A DNA stretch of 64,000 nucleotides from Longimicrobiales bacterium (GCA_965202805.1 OZ241869.1:1280001-1344000), one strand, 5' to 3'. Shown: positions 32,566 through 42,187, numbered from the stretch's first letter. The notes: a model not told the origin generated them from the sequence alone. Made by a program: numbers and translations.

Positions 32566-33959
32566 GACGTCACCGGCACGGTCAGGGAGAACTCGCCGGT
32601 GGCATCTCCGAAGGTGACCAACTCCTCGTGGCCGAGCTTGTGCAGCAGCGTGGTGAACACGTTCGCCATAGGCGTTCCGTCCGGGGCCTTCAGGTGCAGG
32701 TTGCCTGCCAGCTGGCCGTTCGCCCCGCCCAGGATCACCAGCGGGCAGCGGCGGTGGTTGTGCAGGTTGGCGTCTCCCATGGGCGAGCCCCAGATCACCA
32801 TGGACCGCTCCAGCAGGCTCATCTCCCCGTCCATCGTCTCCTGCAGCCGCTCCAGCAGGTACGCCAGCTGTCCCGTGCGCCACTGGCAGATCGTGTTGAA
32901 TTCGAGGATGGCCTCCTCGTTGCCGCCGTGGTGGGAGGCGGGGTGGAACGCCCGGTCCGAGCCGCTCTCCGGGAACCTCCGGTTGGACGCGTCCCGTCCC
33001 ATCTTGAGCGAGGTGACCCGCGTTGCATCCGTCTCGAAGGCCAGCACCTGCAGGTCGATGAGGAGACGCATGTGCTCGGCGAAGGAGTCGGGCACGCCGG
33101 GGGGCGCACCGGGCAGTTCACGCGGAGCCCCGCTGGTGTTGCGCTCCTCCACCCGCTCGATGCGCCGCTCGATCTCGCGGACGCTGTCGAGATAGCGGTC
33201 CACGCGCTGCAGGTCGACCGCGCCCAGCTGACGCCTGAGATCGGCCACCTCGCCCACGACCCAGTCCAGGATGCTCCCGTGGGTCCGGCGCCGGCGCGCG
33301 CGCTCATCCGCGCTTCCCCCCGCCCCGAAGAGAATGTCGAAGGCCGTGCGCGGGCTGCGGATCATCGGCAGCGGCACGTCGGGCGACGCCCAGCTGATGG
33401 AATCCATGTACGAGCACGAGTAGTTGTAATCGCAGCCGCCTCCCGCATCGGTGGGCTCGATGGAGAGCTGGAGCGAGGGCAGCACCGTCTCCTGGCCGAA
33501 GCGCTGCGCGTGCAGCTGATCCAGGGAGGTCCCGCAGTAGATGTCGGACCCCTGGGTCTGCTTCGGATGCGATTGCGTCAGGAACACCGCGCTGGAGCGG
33601 AAGTGGTCCCCGCCCACCTCGGGGGGCGCGAACGCCTCCGCCATGCGCACGTCGGTGTTGCTGATGATGGTCATGTAGTCACGCCACGGCTCGAGCCCCT
33701 TCAGCACGTTGACGTCGCTGAGCTCGAAGTCCCGCCCCTGGGTCACCGGGGCGAAGAGATGCTGCCGCGCGCCCCACTCGTTGCAGCCGGGGACGCCGTG
33801 CACCTCCTCGATGCAGATCAGGCGTGTCGGCTCGCCCGCCGCGCGCCCGCGCGCGATGCCGGCCGGGATCATCGCGTCCAGCAGCGGAAGCGAGAGTGTG
33901 GCGCCCGCGCCACGCAGGAAGGTTCGGCGCGGAAGAGCCTTGCCAGTCAGAAAATGCAT
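32562..33959 (-). CDS. DUF1552 family protein, Tat-like signal (copy 2)
   Basis: PRRTFLRGAGATLSLPLLDAM; GDHFRS, GGGCDYNYSCSY, HPASHHG and MGDANLHNHRRCP. Confidence 0.88.
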   Translation of the reverse strand: MHFLTGKALPRRTFLRGAGATLSLPLLDAMIPAGIARGRAAGEPTRLICIEEVHGVPGCNEWGARQHLFAPVTQGRDFELSDVNVLKGLEPWRDYMTIISNTDVRMAEAFAPPEVGGDHFRSSAVFLTQSHPKQTQGSDIYCGTSLDQLHAQRFGQETVLPSLQLSIEPTDAGGGCDYNYSCSYMDSISWASPDVPLPMIRSPRTAFDILFGAGGSADERARRRRTHGSILDWVVGEVADLRRQLGAVDLQRVDRYLDSVREIERRIERVEERNTSGAPRELPGAPPGVPDSFAEHMRLLIDLQVLAFETDATRVTSLKMGRDASNRRFPESGSDRAFHPASHHGGNEEAILEFNTICQWRTGQLAYLLERLQETMDGEMSLLERSMVIWGSPMGDANLHNHRRCPLVILGGANGQLAGNLHLKAPDGTPMANVFTTLLHKLGHEELVTFGDATGEFSLTVPVTS

Positions 33960-33998
33960 GCCACGATCCACGATGAAGGATGACGAACGCGAACCCGC

Positions 33999-34025
33999 CC
34001 GGGCCGCCGACGGTCGACGGCCCGG
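33999..34025. other. Intercistronic GC-rich hairpin
   Basis: CCGGGCCG (33999-34006) pairs with CGGCCCGG (34018-34025), with an inner CGA/TCG pair. Confidence 0.4.
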
Positions 34026-34041
34026 CGCGCGGGCATATCAA

Positions 34042-36510
34042 TCAGAATGTATCCCGAATCCCGGTGTTCTCGCCATCGGCGAGCGCCAGGGCCTGCTTCA
34101 TGCGGAAGGCATCGCTCATCACCACTCCGATGACGAAGGACGACATCCGGTAGTCGTTGCGCTCGGCCTCCCTCGCGATGGCGCGCACGGCAGGCTGGTC
34201 CCGATAGTCGATGCCCCGTCCCAGCGCATACGCCATCAGGCTCTGGGTGAACTGCCGGACCAGCGGAATGGGGCGCTTCAGCAGGACGCGCGAGAGGTCG
34301 GCCGGGGTCTCGATGTCCGTGCCGTCGTAGTAGGTGCTCCGCGTGTCGAGCGGGGCGCCCTCCTCGCGGATGCGCCACTTGCCGGTCACGTCGAAGTTGT
34401 CGAGCGCAAGCCCGATCGGATCGATCAGCTCGTGGCAGGAGGCGCAGTCCGGACTGTCGCGGTGGGCCTCCAGCCGCTCGCGGGTCGTCAGCACCTTGCC
34501 GTCGCGGGCGCTCGCGGTCTCCTCCAGGTCGGGAATCCCGGGAGGAGGAGGCGGCGGCGGCGTGCCCAGCAGCACCTCCATCACCCACAGGCCGCGCAGC
34601 ACGGGCGAGGTGCGGTTGCCGAGCGAGGTCTGGACCAGCATGCTGCCGTGGCCGAGGACGCCGCGCCGGCGATCGTCGGGGTAGTCCACCCGCCGGAAGG
34701 CCTCGCCCCGCACGCCGTCGATGCCGTAGTGCCGCGCCAGCCGCTCGTTCACGAAGGTGTAGTCGGCGCTGTAGAGCTCGAGCAGGCTCCGGTCCTCGCG
34801 GATCAGGTTGTGGAAGAAGAGCTCGCTCTCGCGCCGCATCGCCTCGGCGAACTGGCGGCTGTAGTTCGGAAAGCGAAACGCGTCCGGGCTCACCTTCTCC
34901 ACGTCCTGCAGGCGCAGCCAGAGCGACGCGAAGCGGGTGGCGAGCGCCTCCGAGCGCGGATCCGCCAGCAGTCGGCGCGCCTCGGCTTCGAACCGGACGG
35001 GATCCGAGAGTGCCCCGTCCCGGGCCGCGGCCACCAGTTCGGCATCCGGGCCGGTGCCCCAGAGGAAGAAGGACAGGCGCGCGGCAAGGTCTTCGCCTGC
35101 GAGCGGATAAACCTCGCCGGGGGCCACATCCTCGGGTTCCCGCTCCATGCGGAAGAGGAAGTGCGGGCTGGAGAGGATCGCCTCCAGGGCCGTTCGGACG
35201 CCGGCCTCGAAGCCTCCGTCCTCGGAACCCATCTCGTAGAAGACGAGGAGATCGCTCACTTCGCCCGCGTCCACATCGCGGCCGTAGGCTTCCGACGCCA
35301 GCCGCGACACGATCTCGCGGGCGCACGGCTGCTCTTCGGCGGCCGCGGTGGGCCGGCACGAGAAGACGCGCCGCCGGGCATCGAAGTCCGAGACCCCGGT
35401 CGGGTTGTGCGGCCCCTCGACCGTCAGGCTCATCATGTGCGGAAGCGAGGTGGTGCCGTAGCTGGTCTCGGTGCCGGTCAGGGACCAGTCGTGGGGACGG
35501 ATCAGATCCTCGTAGGGGCCGTCCATCCTGCGGATGAAGGCGGCGGTAAGGCGGTGCTCCCCCGCGCGCAGGGGGATGGGATCGGTGCGCACCGGGAAGC
35601 CCTTGCGCCCCTGGAAGTCGATGTCGCCCCCGTAGCGCAGCAGCGCCACCCGCTCCCCGTTGACGGAGATGTCGATGTCGTGGTCGCGCTCGCCCCATCC
35701 CGACATGAAGCTCATCGAGAAGATGTACTCGCCGTCGGCGGGGAAGGAATGCAGCACGCTCACCCCGCCGCGGGTGCCGAAGGGCGCCCCTTCGACCCGC
35801 TCCCATTCGTGCTGGGACACGGAGGGCGGATTGTTGTAGGTGACCGAGATGGTGGCCGCGTCGCGGTCGCCGATGGCGCGGCGGGCGATGTCGCTGGCGC
35901 CGGCCAGGTACGCGTCCATCAGGGTGGGGGTGAGCGTCTGGGCTTCGGCGTTGTTGTCGAAGCTCTCGCTGATGCGGTCCGGCGGCAGCCAGTCCTCCGG
36001 GTCGACGGTGAGGCCCAGCAGGTCATGGATCACACGCGCGTACTCGGCGCGGTTGAGGCGCTGGAAGGGGCGGGTGCCCGCGTACGGCCTGGCCGCCGCC
36101 GCCTCGTCCACCACGTCCTCCAGGTACTGCGCCAGCGCCTGCAGGGTGTCGTCGGGGGGGCGCCGCTGGCCGGGGGGCGGCATCATCCCCGCGCGCAGCT
36201 TGCGGATCATGCGCTCGGCGACCTCGGCGTTCTCGTCCGCGCGGGTGACGTCGAACCCCTCCAGCGACAGGTTGCCGCGCATGCGGCGCTCGCTGTGACA
36301 GCGGGTGCAGTAGCGCTCGACGACGTCTTCGACCGGGGCGGAACCGAGGTCGGCGGGGAGAACGGAATGGGCGCCGCCGTATGCGAGATATGCGTCCGGG
36401 GCAGAACCATATGACGCGTCGGCCGGACCGGCGGGCCCACCGTCGCCTGCTCCTCCCGCGACCAGCACCACACCCCCCAGCGCCACCGCGGCGGCCAGAA
36501 CCTTCATCAC
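34042..36510 (-). CDS. DUF1592/1587/1588/1585/1595 multidomain cytochrome c (planctomycete PSCyt type)
   Basis: Signal peptide; CTRCH and CASCH heme motifs; RLNRAEY, LAARLSFFLW, TSPVLRG and DPIGLALDNFD. Confidence 0.9.
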   Translation of the reverse strand: MMKVLAAAVALGGVVLVAGGAGDGGPAGPADASYGSAPDAYLAYGGAHSVLPADLGSAPVEDVVERYCTRCHSERRMRGNLSLEGFDVTRADENAEVAERMIRKLRAGMMPPPGQRRPPDDTLQALAQYLEDVVDEAAAARPYAGTRPFQRLNRAEYARVIHDLLGLTVDPEDWLPPDRISESFDNNAEAQTLTPTLMDAYLAGASDIARRAIGDRDAATISVTYNNPPSVSQHEWERVEGAPFGTRGGVSVLHSFPADGEYIFSMSFMSGWGERDHDIDISVNGERVALLRYGGDIDFQGRKGFPVRTDPIPLRAGEHRLTAAFIRRMDGPYEDLIRPHDWSLTGTETSYGTTSLPHMMSLTVEGPHNPTGVSDFDARRRVFSCRPTAAAEEQPCAREIVSRLASEAYGRDVDAGEVSDLLVFYEMGSEDGGFEAGVRTALEAILSSPHFLFRMEREPEDVAPGEVYPLAGEDLAARLSFFLWGTGPDAELVAAARDGALSDPVRFEAEARRLLADPRSEALATRFASLWLRLQDVEKVSPDAFRFPNYSRQFAEAMRRESELFFHNLIREDRSLLELYSADYTFVNERLARHYGIDGVRGEAFRRVDYPDDRRRGVLGHGSMLVQTSLGNRTSPVLRGLWVMEVLLGTPPPPPPPGIPDLEETASARDGKVLTTRERLEAHRDSPDCASCHELIDPIGLALDNFDVTGKWRIREEGAPLDTRSTYYDGTDIETPADLSRVLLKRPIPLVRQFTQSLMAYALGRGIDYRDQPAVRAIAREAERNDYRMSSFVIGVVMSDAFRMKQALALADGENTGIRDTF

Positions 36511-36641
36511 GCCTCCTCCCTCAAGCGGGCGCTCCTCCAGAGCATCCGCCTAATCTAACCGAGCGCGACGTGCGGAAAAGCCCGCGACTTCCCACTATGT
36601 TCGGATTTCAGGCTCATCTTCTAGACAGGGCAGAGGGATTC

Positions 36642-39344
36642 ATGAACGACCGAGCAGGCGGATCGATGAACGGTGGATGGCGGCTTTTCCCCGGTTCCCT
36701 GGCTGTTGCGCTCGCGTTCCCGGCTCAGGCGGCGGCCCAGGAGGGCGCCATCGAGGGCCGGGTGACGGACATGGAGACGGGCGAGCCGGCAGCTTCCGCA
36801 TCCGTCCAGGTCCTGGGCCGGGGCGCGACCACTGCCATCACCGACGCCTCCGGCGAATTCCGCCTCGTCGTGCCGGCCGGCCGCCATTCCCTGCTGGTGA
36901 CCCTCATCGGCTACGAAAGCGCGCGCACCGACGGCGTGACCGTGGAGGCCGGAGCCGTCGCTCCGGTCGCCATCGAGCTTCGGTCGCGCGCGCTGGTGCT
37001 CAACCAGCTGGTGGTGACCGTATCGCGCCGCGAAGAGAAGGAGCTCGACGCCCCGGCCTCCGTCTCCACCCTGACCAACCAGCAGATCTCCCGCATCATC
37101 GCGCGCACTCCCGCGGATCATGTGAAGACGCTCCCCGGGGTCGACCTCGCGTCCACCGGGCTCACCCAGAGCTACGCGGTCGTGCGCGGCTTCAACAACG
37201 TGTCCTCGGGACGGTTGCTGAGCATCGTCGACAACCGCTATGCGCGCATCCCGGCGCTCCGCATCAACGCCATCAACATGATCCCGACCACCGACATGGA
37301 CATCGAGCGCATCGAGCTGGCGCGCGGTCCGGGCGCGGCGCTCTACGGTCCCAACGCGGCGGAAGGCGTCATGCACATCATCACGTACTCGCCCATCGAC
37401 AGACCGGGGACGACCGTCTCTCTCGGCGGGGGCGAGCGGTCGGTCGTGCAGTTCCTGCTGCGCAGCGCGCACGCGGTCTCGGACCGGTTCGGGTTCAAGG
37501 TTTCGGGGCAGTATCTCCGGGGGAAGGACTGGGAATACGAGGACCCCTGGGAGGTGCAGGCGCGAGAGGAGCAACCCGACCATCCGCGCATCGGCGTGCG
37601 CAATCCTCTCAACGAGCGCTTCTTCGGCGACCTTCGCGCGGACTATCGCTTCGCGGACGATGGCGAGTTCATCGTCTCCGGTGGGCTCAACAAGTCCCTG
37701 AGCAGCATCAACCTCACCACCGTCGGCTCCGCCCAGACGCACGACTGGCAGTACCGCTACGCGCAGACCCGGCTGCTCAAGGGGCGGTTCTTCGGGCAGT
37801 TCTTTCTGAATCAGACACACTCGGGCGACAACAGCTACCTGCTGCGCAGCGGTGACCCCATCGTCGACCGGTCCCGCATCGTGGCCGCCCAGCTGCAGCA
37901 CGGCTTCGATCCCGGTGAGCGCCAGAGCTTCACCTACGGGATCGACTGGCAGCGCATCGAGCCCCGCTCCCGGGGCACCATCTACGGACGCAACGAAGAC
38001 GACGACATCCTGGTCGAGGCGGGCGCCTATCTGCACTCCGAGACGCGCCTCGGCGACAGGTTCGACCTGGTGACCGCGTTCCGCGTCGACGATCACAACC
38101 GTCTGCCCGGCTTGAACTTCTCACCCCGTGCCGCGCTGGTCTTCCGGCCCGCCGAAGGTCACAACCTGCGCCTCACCTACAACCGCGCCTTCGCCAATCC
38201 CTCCACAGCGTCGCTCTTCATCGACATCCACACGGGCAGGCTGCCGATCGTGCCGGGCATCGGCTACGACCTGCGCGCCCTCGGCGTCCCGGGAGACGGC
38301 ATGAGCTTCCCGGCCCAGTGTCCCGGCGGACTCATGGACTACTGCATGCACTCGCCCTTCATGCCGGGCCGGCTGCCCGCGAACGCCGCGCCCTTCTGGG
38401 ATGCGCTGGTGACGCAGTTCGCTCCCGAGCTGCTGCACCCGTTCCTGACGGGCCCCGGGAATCGGCCCGGCGACCCGGCGCTGGGCACGGTCTTCCGCCG
38501 CTTCGATCCCAACGCGCTCGGTGTCGAGGGCGGCGACATCTTCCCGCTCGACCCGGGACCTGAAGCGATTCCTCCTCTCGTCGCCACGACCTTCAACACG
38601 GTCGAGGCGGGATACAAGGGACTGATCCGGGATCGCGTAAGGGTGGCCGCGGACGTGTACTTCGCCAACGTCGAGAACTTCGTGAGCTCCCTGGATGTCG
38701 AAACCCCGAACGTGTTCCTGGATCCGGCCTCGGCGGGTGCTTTTCTGCAGAGGCGGCTCGGCCCGCTGGTCCAGGCGGGGCGGGTGGCGCCCGACCAGAT
38801 CGCCGAACTCACAGCCGGCCTGGCGGCCGTGCCGCTGGGGGTCGTCGCGGCGGACCGGCTCGACGCGCCCGCCATCATCCTGAGCAGCCGCAACTTCGGA
38901 TCGGCAAGCTACTGGGGAGCCGACCTCTCCGCCCAGTACCTGGTCTCCGACCGGCTCAGCCTGACCGCCGGGTACTCGTTTCAGAACACGGATTGCTTCG
39001 ACTTCGACGACGATGGCCACTGCCCCGGCCCGGACGACCTCGCGCTCAACGCCCCGCGCCACAAGGGCTCCCTGGGCTTCGCCTACACCGACCGCGCCGC
39101 GGGCTTCATCTTCGACGGACGCTGGCGCTTTTCCGACGCCTTCGACATGAGCTCGGGGGTCTTCAGGGGACGGGTGGACGCCTATCAGGTAGTGGACGTT
39201 ACAGCAGGTTATCAGCTTCCTTTCCAGCCCAACACGCGCCTCGAACTCACGGTCTACAACGCGCTCGGCAACCTGCATCGGGAGTTCGTGGGCGCCCCTG
39301 AGCTGGGCCGGCTGGCGCTGGTGAGGGTGCGCTACGACCTCTGA
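36642..39344 (+). CDS. TonB-dependent receptor with N-terminal carboxypeptidase-regulatory-like domain
   Basis: Signal peptide; IEGRVTD, LVVTVSRREE plug start, IERIELARGPGAALYGPNA, and a barrel end VRVRYDL. Start is 36642 or 36666. Confidence 0.92.
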   Translation: MNDRAGGSMNGGWRLFPGSLAVALAFPAQAAAQEGAIEGRVTDMETGEPAASASVQVLGRGATTAITDASGEFRLVVPAGRHSLLVTLIGYESARTDGVTVEAGAVAPVAIELRSRALVLNQLVVTVSRREEKELDAPASVSTLTNQQISRIIARTPADHVKTLPGVDLASTGLTQSYAVVRGFNNVSSGRLLSIVDNRYARIPALRINAINMIPTTDMDIERIELARGPGAALYGPNAAEGVMHIITYSPIDRPGTTVSLGGGERSVVQFLLRSAHAVSDRFGFKVSGQYLRGKDWEYEDPWEVQAREEQPDHPRIGVRNPLNERFFGDLRADYRFADDGEFIVSGGLNKSLSSINLTTVGSAQTHDWQYRYAQTRLLKGRFFGQFFLNQTHSGDNSYLLRSGDPIVDRSRIVAAQLQHGFDPGERQSFTYGIDWQRIEPRSRGTIYGRNEDDDILVEAGAYLHSETRLGDRFDLVTAFRVDDHNRLPGLNFSPRAALVFRPAEGHNLRLTYNRAFANPSTASLFIDIHTGRLPIVPGIGYDLRALGVPGDGMSFPAQCPGGLMDYCMHSPFMPGRLPANAAPFWDALVTQFAPELLHPFLTGPGNRPGDPALGTVFRRFDPNALGVEGGDIFPLDPGPEAIPPLVATTFNTVEAGYKGLIRDRVRVAADVYFANVENFVSSLDVETPNVFLDPASAGAFLQRRLGPLVQAGRVAPDQIAELTAGLAAVPLGVVAADRLDAPAIILSSRNFGSASYWGADLSAQYLVSDRLSLTAGYSFQNTDCFDFDDDGHCPGPDDLALNAPRHKGSLGFAYTDRAAGFIFDGRWRFSDAFDMSSGVFRGRVDAYQVVDVTAGYQLPFQPNTRLELTVYNALGNLHREFVGAPELGRLALVRVRYDL

Positions 39345-39365
39345 GGGGAAGGCAGGCCGGAGCCG

Positions 39366-39490
39366 TGCCGAATCGCCCGCTGAGAAAGCGCCGAATCACC
39401 CGCTGACTTCTTGCCATTTCACCCGTTGCAATCGTGCCGAAACACCCGTTGACTTCTTGCCGAATCGCCCGTTAGATTGATTGCCATTCG
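39366..39490. repeat. Tandem array, 5 full units plus 1 partial, period 23 bp, consensus TGCCGAATCACCCGTTGACTTCT
   Basis: GCC cores at 39367, 39390, 39413, 39436, 39459 and 39483. CCCG(C/T)T is conserved in all five full units. Confidence 0.92.
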
Positions 39491-39528
39491 TATTTAGTAA
39501 TCAATCTTTGCAATTGCTTGGGCGATTC
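39462..39528. promoter_or_regulatory. AT-rich nested inverted repeat upstream of the ATPase gene
   Basis: AGATTGATT (39474-39482) / AATCAATCT (39499-39507), flanked by GAATCGCCC (39462-39470) / GGGCGATTC (39520-39528). Confidence 0.6.
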
Positions 39529-39550
39529 ACCCCGACTTCGGATCAGTTCG

Positions 39551-40801
39551 GTGCAATACCTTCCCAGAATCGTCGACAGAGAACTGGTCGATCGGCTTGC
39601 AGGCACGGGTGCCGTTGTGGTCGAGGGCCCCAAGACCTGCGGAAAGACCGCCACCGCCCGAAACGTGGCTGCGAGCGAAGTACTGCTCGACGTAGACCAG
39701 AACGCCAGGCGCATGGTCGGCGTCGATCCCTCGTCCGTCCTCAAGGGCGAAACTCCGCGTCTCATCGACGAGTGGCAGACCGAGCCCGCCATCTGGAACC
39801 ACATCCGGCGCGCCGTCGACGATCGAGCCTCTCCCGGACAGTTCATTCTGACCGGTTCGGCCGTGCCCGCGGATGAAATAACGCGTCACACCGGGGCCGG
39901 ACGCCTTACGCGCCTCCGCATGCGTCCGATGTCGCTCTTCGAGGCGGAGCATTCGTCGGGAGAAATCTCGTTGCGGCGACTGCTCCACGGGGATCTGCAG
40001 CGCTCGGCAAGGTCCCGACTCAACGTCGGCAAACTGGCAGAGATAGTGTGCGCAGGCGGCTGGCCCGGTCACGTCGGCCGCCCTCTGCCCCAGCGCCTGC
40101 GCATGAACCGGGATTACCTCAACGAGATCCGGCGCGTCGATATCTCGCGAGTCAGCGGGGCGAACAGAGACCCCGTCAAGGTGGGACGTCTCCTGCGGTC
40201 CCTGGCCCGGAACGTGGCCACGCCCGCCGCCATTTCGACCCTGGTTGCCGACGTACGCGGCAGCGGAACGACGATGAAGACGGACACCGCCGCCGAGTAC
40301 CTCGAAGCCCTCGAACGGCTCCTGATCGTTGAAGACCTCCCCGCATGGCAGCCCCACCTGCGTTCCAGAACGACGCTCAGAACGACCCCGGTGCGACACT
40401 TCGCGGATCCCTCGCTCGCGGCTGCCGCCTTGCGCGCCACGCCTGTGCGACTCATGGAGGACCTCGAATACTTCGGTCTGCTGTTCGAATCCATGGTCGT
40501 GCGCGATCTGCGCGTCTACGCCCAGACGTTGGAGGCCGAGGTCTTCCACTACCGGGAAAAGGGCGGCCTGGAAGCAGACATCGTCGTCGAAGCGGACGAT
40601 GGACGCTGGGCGGCGTTCGAGGTGAAGCTCGGCGACCGCTGGGTGGAGGAAGGTGCGGCGACGCTGCGCAGAGTGGCCGACCGCATGAAGCGGGGCGGCC
40701 GGGGCGGGCCCGCCGCGCTGGCCGTGATCATCCCCAACGGCTACGGTCATGTGCGCCCCGGAGAGGTGGGGGTCATTCCGGTGGGAGCGCTGGGTCCATA
40801 G
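39551..40801 (+). CDS. AAA_14 ATPase + DUF4143 (wHTH / PD-(D/E)xK-like) protein
   Basis: YLPRIVD start, GPKTCGKT Walker A, LIDEWQ Walker B, FILTGS, MRPMSLFE, GGWP, HFADPSL, LFESMV, EADIVVE...FEVK. GTG at 39551 is the likely start. Confidence 0.9.
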   Translation: MQYLPRIVDRELVDRLAGTGAVVVEGPKTCGKTATARNVAASEVLLDVDQNARRMVGVDPSSVLKGETPRLIDEWQTEPAIWNHIRRAVDDRASPGQFILTGSAVPADEITRHTGAGRLTRLRMRPMSLFEAEHSSGEISLRRLLHGDLQRSARSRLNVGKLAEIVCAGGWPGHVGRPLPQRLRMNRDYLNEIRRVDISRVSGANRDPVKVGRLLRSLARNVATPAAISTLVADVRGSGTTMKTDTAAEYLEALERLLIVEDLPAWQPHLRSRTTLRTTPVRHFADPSLAAAALRATPVRLMEDLEYFGLLFESMVVRDLRVYAQTLEAEVFHYREKGGLEADIVVEADDGRWAAFEVKLGDRWVEEGAATLRRVADRMKRGGRGGPAALAVIIPNGYGHVRPGEVGVIPVGALGP

Positions 40802-40897
40802 CCGCCGGATGGGCTGGCAACGCCCCAATGTCGGATGGCTTTCAACTACGGGAGCGGATCTCATGGCGAATCTCTTCCAGTCGAGGGAGCGGGTTTC

Positions 40898-42187
40898 ATG
40901 CTGAGTCATTTCCAGCTTCAGGAGCGCGGGTCGTCCGTCCGGACCGAGGTGCTCGCCGGGTGCACCACGTTCCTGACCCTCGCGTACATCATTTTCGTGA
41001 ACCCGATGGTTCTCGGGGGCGCGGGGATGGACACCGGGGCGGTTCTGGTGGCCACCTGTCTGGCGTCGGCGTTCGGCTGCCTGGTCATGGGACTGTGGGC
41101 CAACTATCCCATCGCCCTGGCGCCGGGGATGGGGCTGAACGCCTACTTCGTGGCGATCGCCGTGGGCACGCTCGGGCTGGCGTGGCAGGTCGCGCTGGGA
41201 GCGGTGTTCCTGTCGGGGGTGCTGATGTTCATCCTCTCCGTGCTCCCGGTGCGCAAGTGGGTGGTGGACAGCATCCCGCGCTCGCAGAAGATGGCCATCG
41301 CGGCCGGGATCGGGTTCTTCCTGGCGATCATCGCCCTGCAGAACGCCGGCGTGGTAGTCGACAGCGAAGCGACCCTGATCACGCTGGGCGACCTCGGCCA
41401 GTGGACGGTGCTGCTGGCGGCGCTGGGCTTCCTCGCCATGGTGGCGCTGGAACACCGCGGGCTGCCGGGAGCGGTGCTGCTGTGCATCCTGGCGGTGGCG
41501 GTCGTGGGATGGGCGTCCGGCCTGTCGCCGGCGCCCGAATCGGTCGTGTCCGCCCCGCCCTCCCTGGCGCCGACGGCGTTTCAGCTGGACGTGGCGGCGG
41601 CGATCGAGGTGGGGCTGGTGGCGATCGTGTTCTCCTTCCTCATGGTCGACCTGTTCGACACCAGCGGCACCCTGGTCGCGGTGCTGAACGAGGCCGGCCT
41701 GACCGACAGGGACGGGCGGGTCCCGGGGCTGCGGCGCGCGCTGGTCGCCGACAGCTCGGCCACCATGGTGGGCGCGCTCCTCGGCACCTCGACCACGACC
41801 TCCTACATCGAGAGCGCGGCGGGGGTGCGGGCCGGCGGGCGCACGGGCCTCACCGCGGTGGTGGTGGCGGGCCTCTTCCTGGCCGCGCTGGTGCTCGCGC
41901 CGGTGGCGACCGCGATCCCCGCCTTCGCCACCGCCCCGGCGATCCTGTTCGTGGGCTGCATCATGGCGCGGGCGCTGCGCAACGTGCCCTGGGACGACCT
42001 CACCGAGTGCGTCCCGGCCATCGTGACCGCGCTGGCGATGCCCTTCACCTACTCGATCGCGACCGGCATCGGCATGGGGTTCATCGCCTACGCGCTCATC
42101 AAGCTGTTCTCGGGGCGCGCCTCCGAGTTGAACGCCGCCGTGGTGATCGTGGCGGTGCTGTTCGGGATTCGCTTCGCGATCACGTAG
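40898..42187 (+). CDS. NCS2/AzgA-like purine permease
   Basis: TEVLAGCTTFLTLAYIIFVNP, APGMGLNAYF, DLFDTSGTL, SYIESAAG and MPFTYSIATGI. Confidence 0.93.
   Translation: MLSHFQLQERGSSVRTEVLAGCTTFLTLAYIIFVNPMVLGGAGMDTGAVLVATCLASAFGCLVMGLWANYPIALAPGMGLNAYFVAIAVGTLGLAWQVALGAVFLSGVLMFILSVLPVRKWVVDSIPRSQKMAIAAGIGFFLAIIALQNAGVVVDSEATLITLGDLGQWTVLLAALGFLAMVALEHRGLPGAVLLCILAVAVVGWASGLSPAPESVVSAPPSLAPTAFQLDVAAAIEVGLVAIVFSFLMVDLFDTSGTLVAVLNEAGLTDRDGRVPGLRRALVADSSATMVGALLGTSTTTSYIESAAGVRAGGRTGLTAVVVAGLFLAALVLAPVATAIPAFATAPAILFVGCIMARALRNVPWDDLTECVPAIVTALAMPFTYSIATGIGMGFIAYALIKLFSGRASELNAAVVIVAVLFGIRFAIT

Noticed and set aside
39366..39490. CRISPR interpretation of the 23-bp arrays (also 26866-26946)
   Set aside because: The whole unit is 23 bp, the variable parts are only 7-13 nt and partly repeated, and no cas genes are present.
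39356..40809. GCCGGA on both sides of the array-ATPase unit as a target-site duplication
   Set aside because: A 6-bp GC-rich match is expected by chance in this genome.
40802..40897. Purine riboswitch before the NCS2 permease (also checked by eye: guaB, moeA and TonB leaders)
   Set aside because: No recognisable aptamer consensus was seen. A covariance-model search would be needed to exclude it.
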